The notes: a model not told the origin generated them from the sequence alone. Shown: positions 21,184 to 34,223, counted from the stretch's first letter. The stretch is 64,000 bases of DNA from Alphaproteobacteria bacterium (GCA_964291265.2 OZ219747.1:160001-224000); one strand, 5' to 3'. A program made the numbers and translations.

Positions 21184-21841
21184 TCACGTCCGTCACACTA
21201 TGGCATCTTCCCGGAGCACTGCGTTCATGTGCAGTTCTTCCATACATCACGGCATCCACAGAACGGACAGTGTCGAGCCGGCACAGGCCCTTCGGGGAAG
21301 CACCCGATCGCCCCAGGGACTCCGTTTCGGAGATATCCGGAACTCCAGACGCCTTGTCAGGCCGAGACCCCTGTGGCTGCATGATTCTGCGACCCGGTCC
21401 CGTTCTGGCTCGATACCAGCGGTTGAGCGGGCGTTGTCAATCCCCACCGCACGGTGGCAGTGCTACCAACACCATGCCTGTCAAGGTCGCCTCGTCCTTC
21501 AATCGGCGGCACCTGACAAGAGAATGCAGCCGGAATGAAGCCACGACATCATGTGCCCGGCTCCCACCCCGGGCAGAGACCTGACCGAGTTTGGCGACCA
21601 TATGAAGACCGTCAAGCATGATGCGCGGGTGAAGCCGCTTGTCTTCCCGTCCGGCTACCCTCCAAGTCCGCCAGATCATCCGTTGAGGGGCCCTGCGCCC
21701 CGGCATCAAGAGCCCCGATCCGTCACAACACTTCTGCGTATGGATGGACTACCCGCCACGAACCGTCGACGCCGAGTTGGCGTAGCCTCTGAAGGCCCGA
21801 AGGTTGTAAGCGTTCGGTCGCGCAGTGATTGTTGGTGATAT

Positions 21842-22189
21842 TCACCGGTTGAGGATGAGTTTCCAGTCCTTGCGGAGAGGCCTCAGCCAGATGTCCTTTT
21901 TTTGGTTTGTCGAGTTTCCTGTGCGTATCGTAGCGTCCGCGCCCCTTGGTGGTGCCGACATGGATCCAACCCGACGCCTTGTAGACGGCGCCTGTGTAGC
22001 GCGGTGCGTGGCCAGGAAGGTGACACTCGCCATCATGTTCTTGAGGCCGCCGTCGGGCTTGTACCAGCCGGTCTCGCGGCAGAAGGCGCGGGCGATGGCC
22101 GCACGGGTGGGGTGCTGGGTGATCAGGGAGCGCAACAGCTCCATCTCGTGCGCGGTGAAGTCACGGCCGTCGTAACGGCACTCGATCAC
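21842..22189 (-). pseudogene. Internally deleted DUF4338 (DruA-like) gene
   Basis: N-terminus RYDGRDFT..CRETGWYKPDGGLK joined near 22005 to an out-of-frame PRYTGAVYKASGWIHVGTTKGR and the tail KKDIWLRPL; GTG overlaps the transposase stop. Confidence 0.7.
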
Positions 22190-23982
22190 CCCGGTTCCGT
22201 GAGGTCCCGTCGGCGCTCCGGGGTCATCGACCATGGCAGCCACGGGTCGAGGTCATCCGGCGGCTTGCCGCCGTTCTGCGCGCAGGCATCAAGCCACTCA
22301 TGAAGCCAGCGCCGAACATTGATGCCGTTCATGGCAAGGGTGCCGATGACCGAGTACATGATGGCGGTGAAGGCGGCGCCCTCCTCGCTGTCGGAGCCGA
22401 AGTTCAGCTTTCTCGCGGTCACCGCACCCCGGAGGGTTCTCTCGGCCAGGTTGTTGTCCATGGGCACCTGGGGATGATCGACGAAGACACACAGTCCCTC
22501 GCGGTGACGGATCAGGGAGCGCAAGGGCTTCGCTTCGCGTGCACCCTCGGGCAAGGCGTCGAGTTCCTCCTGAGCCTGCTTGAACAGCGCCTCGACAGCC
22601 GCACGAAGGTCCTTCTGCAGGGCATTGAACCTCGCTGACTGACGCTTCCGTGCGGGATCGTAGTGCTTCAGCCGTTGCCCATTCAGTGTGTAGATCAGCG
22701 CGATCCTGTCGAGCCACCTGTCGCACCACTCTTCCAGCCCCTCCTGGCCTGCCGCAGCCTCGATCACATCGCGCCTGGAGTGCGCCCAGCAAAGGCAGAG
22801 GATCACCTTGCCATCAAGCTCGCGCTCCAGTTTCCTGTAGACCACGTAGCGGTCGCAAACAAGGAAGACGACACCTTTGGTGGAGGCGAACAGCACCATG
22901 GCCACCCGGGCGCTGCGTGACGGATCGATGAGGAAGAAGACGGAGTCGGCGCTGACCGCGGTCCACAGCCAGGCCTTCTGCGAGCGCCCCGAGGCCTTGA
23001 GGGACTGGATGCGCCAGCTGGTCTCGTCGCCGTGGCGCACCGTCAGCCGGTTCTGATGCTCGAGGATGGCCTGCGCGAGAGGCGCGAACATCGGCGTCAT
23101 CTTCTTCATGCCGCCAGCGATCGTTCCCGGCGCCATCGGCAGTCCCTGGTCCTTGAGCCATCGCGAGACCCGGCGCAGGGGACGCAAGCAGGCGAAGCGC
23201 TCATAGAGCACGCATGCCCAGACACTGTTGCCAAAGGGGGTATTCGCAAACAGGCGCAAAGGTGGCGGCGCGATGATCTCCCCAGGCGCCGACGAACACT
23301 GACAACCACGGCGCCAACGCCCACGCTCAATCCGCCGGGTATGAGCCTTGACATGGACCTCCATGATCGAGGTCTCGTGGCTGCCGTTGGCCACGTAGGG
23401 CTCGCCGCAACACGGGCACGTGCGCTGCGATGCCGGTGGATCATGGCGCTCGTGCTTCTCCTCAAGCTTCGGACGAGGGGTGCGCCCGTGGCCGCTCTTG
23501 CCAGGTTGCTGACCCCGCTTGTTCCCGGTGCCTGCCTTCTTCTTCCGCTTCTCGCTCTTCGACCCGAAGCGCGCCTTCGCGTGCTTTTCACGCGTCTCGC
23601 GCAGCTTCGACAGCTCGTTCTCCTGTTCAGCGTTCTTACGCTTCAGAGCGTCCCTTTCCCGCTCCAGCGCCTCCGCTCGGACCTGTCCACGCTTCACCTC
23701 CCGGCGAGCCTCCTTGAGCTGATCACGAGTGCGGTCGAGATGAAACTTGAATGTGCCCGCACGGGCACGGGCAGCAATCTCCGCACAGCGCAGGTCACGC
23801 ATACGCGCTTCCGCCGCATCCGCACGAACCCGCTCCGCCTCATAGAGCGCACGCCAGTCAGGCGCCTCGCATGACAAGGCCGCTGACGCCCGACATAGGC
23901 CGTCACCACCTCCCGTCAGCTGCTGTGTCGCTCCGCGCGTCTCGGCAAAAGTCTTCATGGCCTCGACCATAATCGAGACCAA
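22186..23982 (-). CDS. IS66 transposase (TnpC), intact; exact start uncertain
   Basis: Long coiled coil, FGSKSEK, CPCCG, HGDETSW, VCDRY, CWAHSRR, DNNLAERTLR. Confidence 0.92.
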   Translation of the reverse strand: MVSIMVEAMKTFAETRGATQQLTGGGDGLCRASAALSCEAPDWRALYEAERVRADAAEARMRDLRCAEIAARARAGTFKFHLDRTRDQLKEARREVKRGQVRAEALERERDALKRKNAEQENELSKLRETREKHAKARFGSKSEKRKKKAGTGNKRGQQPGKSGHGRTPRPKLEEKHERHDPPASQRTCPCCGEPYVANGSHETSIMEVHVKAHTRRIERGRWRRGCQCSSAPGEIIAPPPLRLFANTPFGNSVWACVLYERFACLRPLRRVSRWLKDQGLPMAPGTIAGGMKKMTPMFAPLAQAILEHQNRLTVRHGDETSWRIQSLKASGRSQKAWLWTAVSADSVFFLIDPSRSARVAMVLFASTKGVVFLVCDRYVVYRKLERELDGKVILCLCWAHSRRDVIEAAAGQEGLEEWCDRWLDRIALIYTLNGQRLKHYDPARKRQSARFNALQKDLRAAVEALFKQAQEELDALPEGAREAKPLRSLIRHREGLCVFVDHPQVPMDNNLAERTLRGAVTARKLNFGSDSEEGAAFTAIMYSVIGTLAMNGINVRRWLHEWLDACAQNGGKPPDDLDPWLPWSMTPERRRDLTEPG

Positions 23983-24273
23983 ACGAGTTTACCAGCTCTT
24001 TCTCAGACGATAGTCAGCAAGTCCCAAAACCAACCAAAATCAGCCATCACCGCACGGCCGAACGCTTACCGAAGGTTTGCCGGAAGACCACCACCATGCA
24101 TACGGCCGCGAGCAAGGCCTTGTCGGACATCGGACCCGCGTTCGGTCAGCCTGCTCATCAGACTCAGGATTGACGTTCCTTCACCCCAATCCGACGATCC
24201 ACTTGCGTCCGCAACAGACGCGCGGGGGTCGTTGTTGAGCGTTCTGTTGGTAAAGCCATACAGACAAATTCCG

Positions 24274-24609
24274 GGGAGTGATTCTCATACGGGGTACTTT
24301 TGTTTAATGTTTCCCGAGTGTTTCATCATATAGGCCATGTCGCCGTCCTTCTCGGAGACATCTATGTAAGTTCCTAATAAAACGCCCTTTTACAGTCATC
24401 GGAACCCCTTTGAATCAATAGTGCTGATGAAACGTAGCCGTGATGACAACCGCCCCTATGGGTCAAATTAAGTCCGAATATGCCTCCAATTCCTGATTTT
24501 TGGCACAGCACTCAGAACAACTTGGACAGATACTCGGCAGAGTGCGTATGTTCCAAGTACATAAGAGGTACTGATGACGAACATGTTACCCCGTATGAGA
24601 ACCACACCC
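24274..24609. mobile_element. 336-bp AT-rich MITE (non-autonomous element)
   Basis: Terminal IRs GGGAGTGATTCTCATACGGGGTA / GGGTGTGGTTCTCATACGGGGTA; 9-bp direct repeat CAAATTCCG at 24265-24273 and 24610-24618; a second copy ends at the same CCC at position 59. Confidence 0.85.
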
Positions 24610-24630
24610 CAAATTCCGGCCTGGACAATT

Positions 24631-25083
24631 TCAGTTCTCATCCTCACCTACCGCAGGGTGCATCTGCGTCACGCACTCGGCAATCAGATCGCCAACCAGC
24701 AAGGCCTGATCGGAATCGCCTGGTGGCAACCCCGTGATTTGCGAATGCGATGGATCGATTCCTTCCATGTCATCCAACGGATCGTGAACGATCCGCACCG
24801 ACGCCAGCTCTTTCGTGACACTGTCCAGGACCACCCCGACCTGCATCTCTGCGAAACGCCCGTTCACGCTCAACCGAAGACGGGAAAACCGCCGTACCTC
24901 ACGTAGCTACTCTTCTCTTCTCCCCGAAAATGCTTCAAGCCAATGAACGGACAGACCGCTTTCGTCAGGCCGTTGTGGACGCAGCTGGAAATCAGCGCCA
25001 TCCGGCGAACCGTCCCCCTGAATCATCGTCGGCTTGACATAACGAACAACAGAGTCCTCGTTGGCCAAGTCGTCCCCGGTCAT
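24631..25083 (-). pseudogene. Frameshifted hypothetical gene, possibly ADP-ribosyltransferase-like
   Basis: ATG overlaps the upstream stop. Three frames join as MTGDDLANEDSVVRYVKP..FQLRP / SGLSVHWLEAF / ..GRFAEMQVG..DPSHSQITGLP. Confidence 0.6.
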
Positions 25084-25676
25084 TCGTGAAGCACCGCCTG
25101 CAGGTCAAAGGCATCAATCTGCCGCACTATCCCTTCGAAAGAATCACGACCCGTCACCCTTGACACCATCTTCTCTCCGCGCCTTTTCCGGAATATGACA
25201 TACTGCACCATTCTTTCCCCGAGGAACTGAAGTCCCAATCGGTTCCCACAGTGATCCTTCCAGGTCGCCCTCAGGTTTCCATTGTCCATCAACACAAGAC
25301 TGCCCTTGCGAAAATTCGGAGTTGCCCGAATGAACTCCTTGAAGTCGAATTCAGAAGCCCTATTGATGACAACACCATCGTTTTGACTTTCATTTCGCAG
25401 AAACTTCATCCGCGGTTCGTAAGCTTCCCACCCTGGACAGGTCACCTCAGCACTGAAATCTTCCAGAGTCCGTAAGTCGGAGACGGCTATTTGTCGTATT
25501 CTGCTGGGCGACTCGGTGCCACTGGACGGGTTCCCGGCCCACACCATCTTTGGCGAACCGTTGTTTTCGTCAATTCGGAGACTGCCATTCCCGTATACGG
25601 GGAGGCCGCTCATGACTAACGACAGGCCATCCAGGGCGCCCGCATGTCCTGCTTCTGCACATTCTCGCCGCTTCAT
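25080..25676 (-). CDS. Hypothetical protein
   Basis: 198-aa ORF with ATGA overlaps at both ends; lower GC than the flanking genes. Confidence 0.75.
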   Translation of the reverse strand: MKRRECAEAGHAGALDGLSLVMSGLPVYGNGSLRIDENNGSPKMVWAGNPSSGTESPSRIRQIAVSDLRTLEDFSAEVTCPGWEAYEPRMKFLRNESQNDGVVINRASEFDFKEFIRATPNFRKGSLVLMDNGNLRATWKDHCGNRLGLQFLGERMVQYVIFRKRRGEKMVSRVTGRDSFEGIVRQIDAFDLQAVLHE

Positions 25677-26266
25677 TTGTGTCCATCGTTTGCCATCGTC
25701 AACGGAACAAAAAGAACAAGTCCATTGGCCCCATCCATCCCTTCGGCGCCTTCGTCGAAGCCTGCTCCACCAACGCCGCCGTTGCCACCAACACCGATTC
25801 TGATATCAAACGGCTCACCGACCGAAAGACCGGAAAGTTCAACGATCAGGGTTTCCCCTTGAAAACCCTTGCCACCATTTCCGCCATCTGCCACGAGGCG
25901 GCTGCCACTGGGCGTTGCGGTTCCCCCGCAGCCACCTTCTCCACCATCGCCGAATTGGCATCCTGCACCATCCTTTCCCCTGACAGATTGTCCATCGACA
26001 AGGCCGCCTCCATCGCCACCGCCGCCTCCATCGCCACCTGCCGCCAGATGTGTTGTGTGGCCCCTTATTACTGTCGTTGCACCGCCGCCGCTGCCGCCGC
26101 CGCCGCCGCTCGCACCAAACAGATTGAGACCTTCAACACAAAGGGCGCCGCCGCCGCCGCCGCCGCCTCCAGAGGCACCGACAATGAACATCAGCCCATG
26201 GGCCGAGTGCCACGGCCATTTGAATGCCCCCGAACTGACAATTCGGCGAAGCTCCAACTCCGGCAT
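25673..26266 (-). CDS. Stand-alone glycine-rich domain protein
   Basis: RBS GGAGG before ATG 26266; SSGAFKWP..VGASGGGGGGG..IRIGVGGNGG..GANGLV architecture. Confidence 0.75.
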   Translation of the reverse strand: MPELELRRIVSSGAFKWPWHSAHGLMFIVGASGGGGGGGGALCVEGLNLFGASGGGGGSGGGATTVIRGHTTHLAAGGDGGGGGDGGGLVDGQSVRGKDGAGCQFGDGGEGGCGGTATPSGSRLVADGGNGGKGFQGETLIVELSGLSVGEPFDIRIGVGGNGGVGGAGFDEGAEGMDGANGLVLFVPLTMANDGHK

Positions 26267-26555
26267 TCCGCGCCTCCACGATGGACAGTAGAGCAAGGCA
26301 CCGATCTGCCATGTCAGGCGCCGCACTGACAGCCATCTGTCTGGCAGCACGGTCCCCGTACATCGATTGGTTGTGCCACCGTTACACATGCATTGTATGC
26401 ATCTTTAACCCAAAATCGGTGATTGGGCCACCCGTGGCACCATTGACGACAGGTTCGCTGAAAGTCGGGGGGATCAGGCAACCTGAGGGATGCGCGGTGT
26501 CGGCCTCGTTTGAACACGGGAACGGTTGTCTCTGGCAGCGACGTGCAGGTCAGCA

Positions 26556-28250
26556 TCAAGCGCCCCCTGTGGGCGTCGATGCTACCATGTTGTTGTCTCG
26601 TGAATCGAGGAGACGTGCTGCCGCGGCACGGGACTCCTCGGTGACGTGTGCACCGGCCAGCATGCGAGCCAGCTCCTCCCGGCGGTCGATGCCGGTGAGC
26701 ATCCGTGCCTCGGCAACGGCCGTGTCGGCTCTCGAAAGCAGGATGTGGTGGTCGGCATGCGCCGCCACCTGGGGGGCATGGGTCACGACGAGAACCTGGG
26801 TGCGCTGCCCGAGACGGCGCAGCCGTTCCCCGATGGCATCAGAGACCGCGCCGCCCACGCCGCTGTCGATCTCGTCGAAGATGAGGGTGCCGGCCGGCTC
26901 GTCGCCCTGTCCGGCAACTCTGATAGCGAGCATGAAACGCGACAGTTCGCCGCCCGAGGCGATCCTGCCGAGCGGGCCGGGAGCGGCTCCGGGTGTCGTC
27001 ACCGCCGTGAACAGCACGGTCTCCGCGCCATCGGCACTCCACCCGGCGAACTCCCGCGGCTCGAGTCGGGTGGAGAAGACGGCATGATCCATCCTCAGCG
27101 GCGCCAGCTCCGCCATCACCGCGGCATCAAGGGCATGCGCTGCCTCGCGGCGGCGTTGTCCGAGATCATCGCAGGCACGCCGGAACGCATCCAGAAGGCG
27201 GGCATCATCCTCCCTGGCGGCCGCCACCTCCTCCTCAAGGCCCTCCACCGCCGCGAGATCACGGGCAAGTTTCTGCCGCACTTCAGGAAGTCCGGCCACC
27301 GTCGTGCGATGGCGCCGTGCGGCGTTCTTCAGGGCAAACAGGCGGTCTTCGATCTCGTCGAGCCGGTCGGCTTCATCCTCGAGGCCGGTGGCCGCGCGCG
27401 CCAGGGCGGACGAGGCCTCTGCGGTCTCGACAAGGGCGCGGTCGACGGCGCCAAGGGCCTCATCGACCAGACCGCCGGCAACGTCCCGGACCCGCACCAG
27501 CGCGGCACTGGCCGTGGTGAGTCCCTCGTCTGCACCGCGCTCTCCGGCAAGCGCCGTTGCAGCGATGTTCATCGCCTCGGCCACCTTGCGGCTGTTCGCG
27601 AGCCTGATTCGCGTGGCCGTGAGGATGTCCTCCTCGTCCTCGCCGGGATCAAGTGTCTCGAGATCGCGGAGGTCGCCGGCAAGGATACCCACGGTCTCCC
27701 GTCGTCCGGTCTGATCGACCTCGAGGCACTCGAGCTTCTGCTTCGCCTGTTGCCATGCCGCAAAGGCCTGACCGACTCCCTCAACGGCATCCCGGTTGTC
27801 GGCGAAGGCATCGAGCAGCATCCGGTGGGTCTCCGGACGCAACAACCCACGCTGGTCCTGCTGACCATGACACTCGACAATGTGATCACCGATTTCCCTC
27901 AGCAGGGCCACGCCGATGACCTCGTCGTTGGCATGGGCACGACTGCGGCCGTCTGCCCTGACCTGCCGGCGAACGACGAGTTCCTCATCGCATTCGATGC
28001 CCTGCTCTTCGAGCATGCCGATGATGACGCTCTCCCGGCCGATGCGGAAAGTGGCCGTGACCGACGCCCTGTCGGCGCCGGGACGGATCATGGAGATGTC
28101 GGCACGGCGACCGATGACGAGCCCCAGCGCATCGAGAAGGATTGACTTGCCCGCTCCGGTTTCACCGGTGAGCACCGTCAGTCCGTCGCCGAACTCGAGA
28201 TCGATGCGTTCGATGACCGCCAGGTTGCGGACACTGAGCGAGGTCAGCAT
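26556..28250 (-). CDS. recN: DNA repair protein RecN
   Basis: TGETGAGKS, ASGGELSRFML, FDEIDSGVGG, VTHAPQVAA. Confidence 0.97.
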   Translation of the reverse strand: MLTSLSVRNLAVIERIDLEFGDGLTVLTGETGAGKSILLDALGLVIGRRADISMIRPGADRASVTATFRIGRESVIIGMLEEQGIECDEELVVRRQVRADGRSRAHANDEVIGVALLREIGDHIVECHGQQDQRGLLRPETHRMLLDAFADNRDAVEGVGQAFAAWQQAKQKLECLEVDQTGRRETVGILAGDLRDLETLDPGEDEEDILTATRIRLANSRKVAEAMNIAATALAGERGADEGLTTASAALVRVRDVAGGLVDEALGAVDRALVETAEASSALARAATGLEDEADRLDEIEDRLFALKNAARRHRTTVAGLPEVRQKLARDLAAVEGLEEEVAAAREDDARLLDAFRRACDDLGQRRREAAHALDAAVMAELAPLRMDHAVFSTRLEPREFAGWSADGAETVLFTAVTTPGAAPGPLGRIASGGELSRFMLAIRVAGQGDEPAGTLIFDEIDSGVGGAVSDAIGERLRRLGQRTQVLVVTHAPQVAAHADHHILLSRADTAVAEARMLTGIDRREELARMLAGAHVTEESRAAAARLLDSRDNNMVASTPTGGA

Positions 28251-28301
28251 GGTAGAGGTCAGCTCACCTCATGCGGCTGTGTGAAACCGGTCCTTGCCGC
28301 A

Positions 28302-29060
28302 TCAGGGAAGCAACCGGTGTCGGTCGAGCAATGACCAGGCATCCTGGTACCAGCGGCTGCCGGGATAGTTGTGAGCAAGGACCGCTGCTGATTCACGGGC
28401 CTGGCGAACGAGTCCGAGCGCAAGGTAGGTTTCCACGAGACGCAACAGCGCCTCGGGGACATGGGATGTCGTCTGGTAGCGGTCGATGACCGTGCGGAAC
28501 CGGCTGACCGACGCGATGTAGGCACCGCGATTCTGGTACCAGCGGCCGATGCTCATCTCCTTGCCTGCGAGGTGGTCGAGGGTCAGTTCCAGCTTGAGTG
28601 TGGCATCACGGCTGTAGGGCGAATCCGGGAAGAGGCGCAGCAGTTCGAGAAAGGCGTCGCGCGATCTTTCGGCCATCCTCTGGTCGCGTTCCACGTCCGA
28701 GATGCGTTCGTAGTAGCTCTGGGCAATGAGATAGTAGGCATAGACTGCGTTCTCGTTGCCCGGATGGGACTCGATGAAACGGGAGGCGGAAGCGATCGCA
28801 GCGTCGAAATCGCCCTGCAGATAGCTGGCATACGCGGACATGACCTGGGCATGTTTCGCCCATTGCGAATAGGGATGCTGCCGCTCGACTTCCTCGAACT
28901 CGGCCACCGCAAGACTGCGTTCTCCCGCCTCGAGCAGGTTGACCGCGTTGTTGTAGATCTCCTCGACCGGTCTCTCGACGTACGTATCCGGGTCATCCGT
29001 ACCGCAGGCAGCCAGAGCCACCACGAGAACGAGAGCCGGAATCCCCCTTGCCGCAGTCAT
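28302..29060 (-). CDS. bamD: Outer membrane protein assembly factor BamD
   Basis: Lipobox LAAC, EVERQHPYSQWA, RDQ, LAGKEMSIGRWY; upstream of recN. Confidence 0.95.
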   Translation of the reverse strand: MTAARGIPALVLVVALAACGTDDPDTYVERPVEEIYNNAVNLLEAGERSLAVAEFEEVERQHPYSQWAKHAQVMSAYASYLQGDFDAAIASASRFIESHPGNENAVYAYYLIAQSYYERISDVERDQRMAERSRDAFLELLRLFPDSPYSRDATLKLELTLDHLAGKEMSIGRWYQNRGAYIASVSRFRTVIDRYQTTSHVPEALLRLVETYLALGLVRQARESAAVLAHNYPGSRWYQDAWSLLDRHRLLP

Positions 29061-29308
29061 GCACATCCCTTCGCCTGCCTGTCTCACGATAGCATCCGAC
29101 CGGGTCCGGCGCACCCATACACGGCACCCTGACCATGATGGCCGATCATGGCGCCGGCCGGGCCCTTGCCGGTGATGTCCGTGCAGGGATTCATGGTCCC
29201 GTTCCCATGCCAAGGAGGCAACACCGTTGACATAGACGCGAGCGCATGATGCGGCAAGGGGTGGAGTGACCCCTTGCAACCAGTCCGCTTCACGGTGAAT
29301 GTGCCGCC

Positions 29309-31776
<2,468 letters not shown>

Positions 31777-31780
<4 letters not shown>

Positions 31781-32058
31781 ACGCTGTTGCCATGCGCATC
31801 GACAGGTGGCTGTGGCATGCCCGGTTCTTCAAGACCAGGTCTCTTGCCACACAGCTCGTGGCAAGCGGCCGCCTGCGGCTCAACAGGCGGCGGATCCACA
31901 AGTCCCACGGCATGCTCCACCCAGGCGACGTTCTCACCTTTCCGCAGAATCGCCGCGTACGTGTCATCCGGGTGATCGCCATCTCGACCCGGCGGGGGCC
32001 CGCCCGGGAGGCTGCGGAACTCTACGAGGACCTGACGCCATCTGACTGTCCAGCTTGA
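31777..32058 (+). CDS. S4-domain RNA-binding protein (Hsp15-like)
   Basis: RIDRWLWHARFFKTRSLA..RRGPAREA..LYED; ATGA overlap with the helicase. Confidence 0.9.
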
Positions 32059-32093
32059 CCGCAGCAGGGCCTTTCTGCCATGACGCATCCGTG

Positions 32094-32573
32094 ATGTTCG
32101 CCCGGATCAGAAAACTCCTCGACATGGGAGCGTCCGACGCTTCTCAGACGCCATCACCGGATCACGAGCTGCGCATGGCTTCGGCCTGCATCCTCGTCGA
32201 GGCGGCCCTGGTCGACGGCCACGCCGACGAGCGCGAGATGCAGCACATCCGCGACGTACTCGAAGAACACTTCGGTCTCGGGACCGGGGAGGTGCAGGTC
32301 CTCGTCGACGAGGCCACGCGAATCGCCGCGGATGCAGTGTGTTGGCACCGGTTCACACGGGTTCTCAAGGCGGAATTCGATGCCGCGGAACGGCTGACCA
32401 TGATGCAGCAGCTGTGGCAGGTGGTTCTCGCCGACGGCGAACTCCATGCGTACGAGGATTCGCTGGTGCGCAGGATCGCCGGCCTGCTCCACATCCATGA
32501 TGGTGACCGGGCGCTGGCACGACGACGTGCCCAGGCATACCTGGCGCGACTGGAGTCGTCTCCTCGCACTTGA
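32094..32573 (+). CDS. TerB family protein
   Basis: [36 protein letters not shown]. Confidence 0.85.
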   Translation: MFARIRKLLDMGASDASQTPSPDHELRMASACILVEAALVDGHADEREMQHIRDVLEEHFGLGTGEVQVLVDEATRIAADAVCWHRFTRVLKAEFDAAERLTMMQQLWQVVLADGELHAYEDSLVRRIAGLLHIHDGDRALARRRAQAYLARLESSPRT

Positions 32574-32650
32574 CCGTCGGCACGGAAGTCCCAGATAACG
32601 ATGGTGCACCGATCCTCACCTTCATTCACGTCCAGAGCGTGGAGGCTTTC

Positions 32651-32983
32651 ATGACCTACATCGTCGTTGAGTCCTGCATACGGTGCAAACTGACCGACTG
32701 CGTCGAGGTCTGTCCCGTCGACTGCTTCTACGAGGGCGAGAACATGCTTGTGATCCACCCGGACGAGTGCATCGACTGCGGGGTGTGCGAACCCGAGTGC
32801 CCCGTGGACGCGATCAAGCCTGACACCGACCACGGTCTCGAGGAGTGGCTGGAAATCAACAGGGAGTACGCTGAAATCTGGCCCAACATTACCCGTCAGA
32901 AGGATCATCCTGCCGATTCCGACGAATGGCGCGACGTGAAGGACAAGAAGAAGTACTTCAGTCCCAGCCCGGGTGACGGTTGA
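32651..32983 (+). CDS. fdxA: 7Fe ferredoxin
   Basis: [33 protein letters not shown]; RBS GGAGG. Confidence 0.95.
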   Translation: MTYIVVESCIRCKLTDCVEVCPVDCFYEGENMLVIHPDECIDCGVCEPECPVDAIKPDTDHGLEEWLEINREYAEIWPNITRQKDHPADSDEWRDVKDKKKYFSPSPGDG

Positions 32984-33722
32984 GGGTCCCCTCGACTTCA
33001 GGTCATCTCATTCGCGAGCCTTGGCCACACCATTCCGGCCGAGGTTGGCAACGGTCCCAGACATCTGATGTTGCGGTGCGCATTCATGTCCGCATGGCCA
33101 CGGACCCCGTGAAGACCGTCCGTGACGGACGCGAGGCGGCGTCTGGCGTTCCGCACTTCGCACGCGCCTGGCTGACATGCGCGGCGTTCACCGCGACGAG
33201 ACACGGAGTCTTGCAGCCGGACATCGCCTGCGGATCAGCCCGGACTTTGCCTTCACCTTCCTCCCGGGATGCTCGTCGTCGCCCTTCGCACTCCTGATCA
33301 CAGCCGCCGGGCGGACCTTGGACAGGGAGAGACCTTCGGGAGTTCAAAGATGGACCGGGCAGGTTCCGGGCGCTTGCGAATCAACATGCCGGGAGCGTCG
33401 CACATCCGGCGCCAGGATGGTCACAAGAGACTGCCGTCACGTGCCCGCTTGCGCGGGCAACGCATGGCAGGCCGACCTTCAGAGGGATCAAGCGTGGGAC
33501 GGTCTTGCCAACGTTTCGGGTGGGCCTTCCTTTCGGGCTGCCCTTCTGCTAGATTCGTGTCTCCCCCATCTCGGGACACCCCGGAACCAGCCGGCAAGGC
33601 CTTGGTGTCTTCCCGGCAATCGGGATCACTGATGACAGAGTGCGGTGTCAACAGCGTGGTGCCGTGCGCGGTCCCCGGGGTCGTGACCAAACAGGAAGAA
33701 AGGGGCGGAAGGTTACCTGACA

Positions 33723-34223
33723 ATGACAAGTGAACAGCTCAATCTCAAACCCGGTGATCACGTTGTGTACCCGACACACGGCCTGGGCAAGGTCGAAAAG
33801 GTGGAAACCCAGACGATCGGCGGGGCCAACCTCGAAATGGTGGTTGTCAACTTCGAACAGGACAAGATGGTCCTGCACGTTCCCGTCGCCAAGCTCTCCA
33901 CTTCGGGCATGCGCAAACTCTCGTCAAAGGATATCATGAAGAGTGCGCTCACGACTCTGAAGGGTCGGGCTCGCAAACAGCGATCCATGTGGAGCAGACG
34001 TGCCCAGGAATACGAGGCCAAGATCAACTCCGGTGACCCTGTCTCCATTGCTGAAGTCGTGCGCGACCTCCATGTCAGGGTCGGCGAGCCCGAACAGTCC
34101 TACAGCGAACGGCAACTCTACGAGGCCGCACTCGATCGCCTGTCGCGCGAACTCGCGGCGGTCGAGGGCGTCCAGCAGGATCAGGCGGAAGGCAAGATCG
34201 AGAAGTCCCTGCGGGCTGCCTGA
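33723..34223 (+). CDS. carD: CarD/CdnL family transcription regulator
   Basis: GDHVVYPTHGLG, WSRRAQEYEAKINSG, QSYSERQLYEAAL. Confidence 0.95.
   Translation: MTSEQLNLKPGDHVVYPTHGLGKVEKVETQTIGGANLEMVVVNFEQDKMVLHVPVAKLSTSGMRKLSSKDIMKSALTTLKGRARKQRSMWSRRAQEYEAKINSGDPVSIAEVVRDLHVRVGEPEQSYSERQLYEAALDRLSRELAAVEGVQQDQAEGKIEKSLRAA

Larger units (their letters stand above)
21806..24069 (-). mobile_element. IS66-family element with a DUF4338-like passenger remnant
   Basis: Imperfect IRs GTAAGCGTTCGGTCGCGCAGTGAT / GTAAGCGTTCGGCCGTGCGGTGAT; 8-bp target duplication CGAAGGTT at 21798-21805 and 24070-24077. Confidence 0.92.

Noticed and set aside
21200-21790. Possible integrase scraps (GLRFGDIRN; RAHDVVASFRLHSLVR)
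   Set aside because: The fragments are on opposite strands and too short to support a call
24420-24590. CTGATGA motifs in the MITE as a hammerhead ribozyme
   Set aside because: No stem II followed by GAAA, and the equivalent motif in the copy at 1-59 is mutated (CTAACGA)
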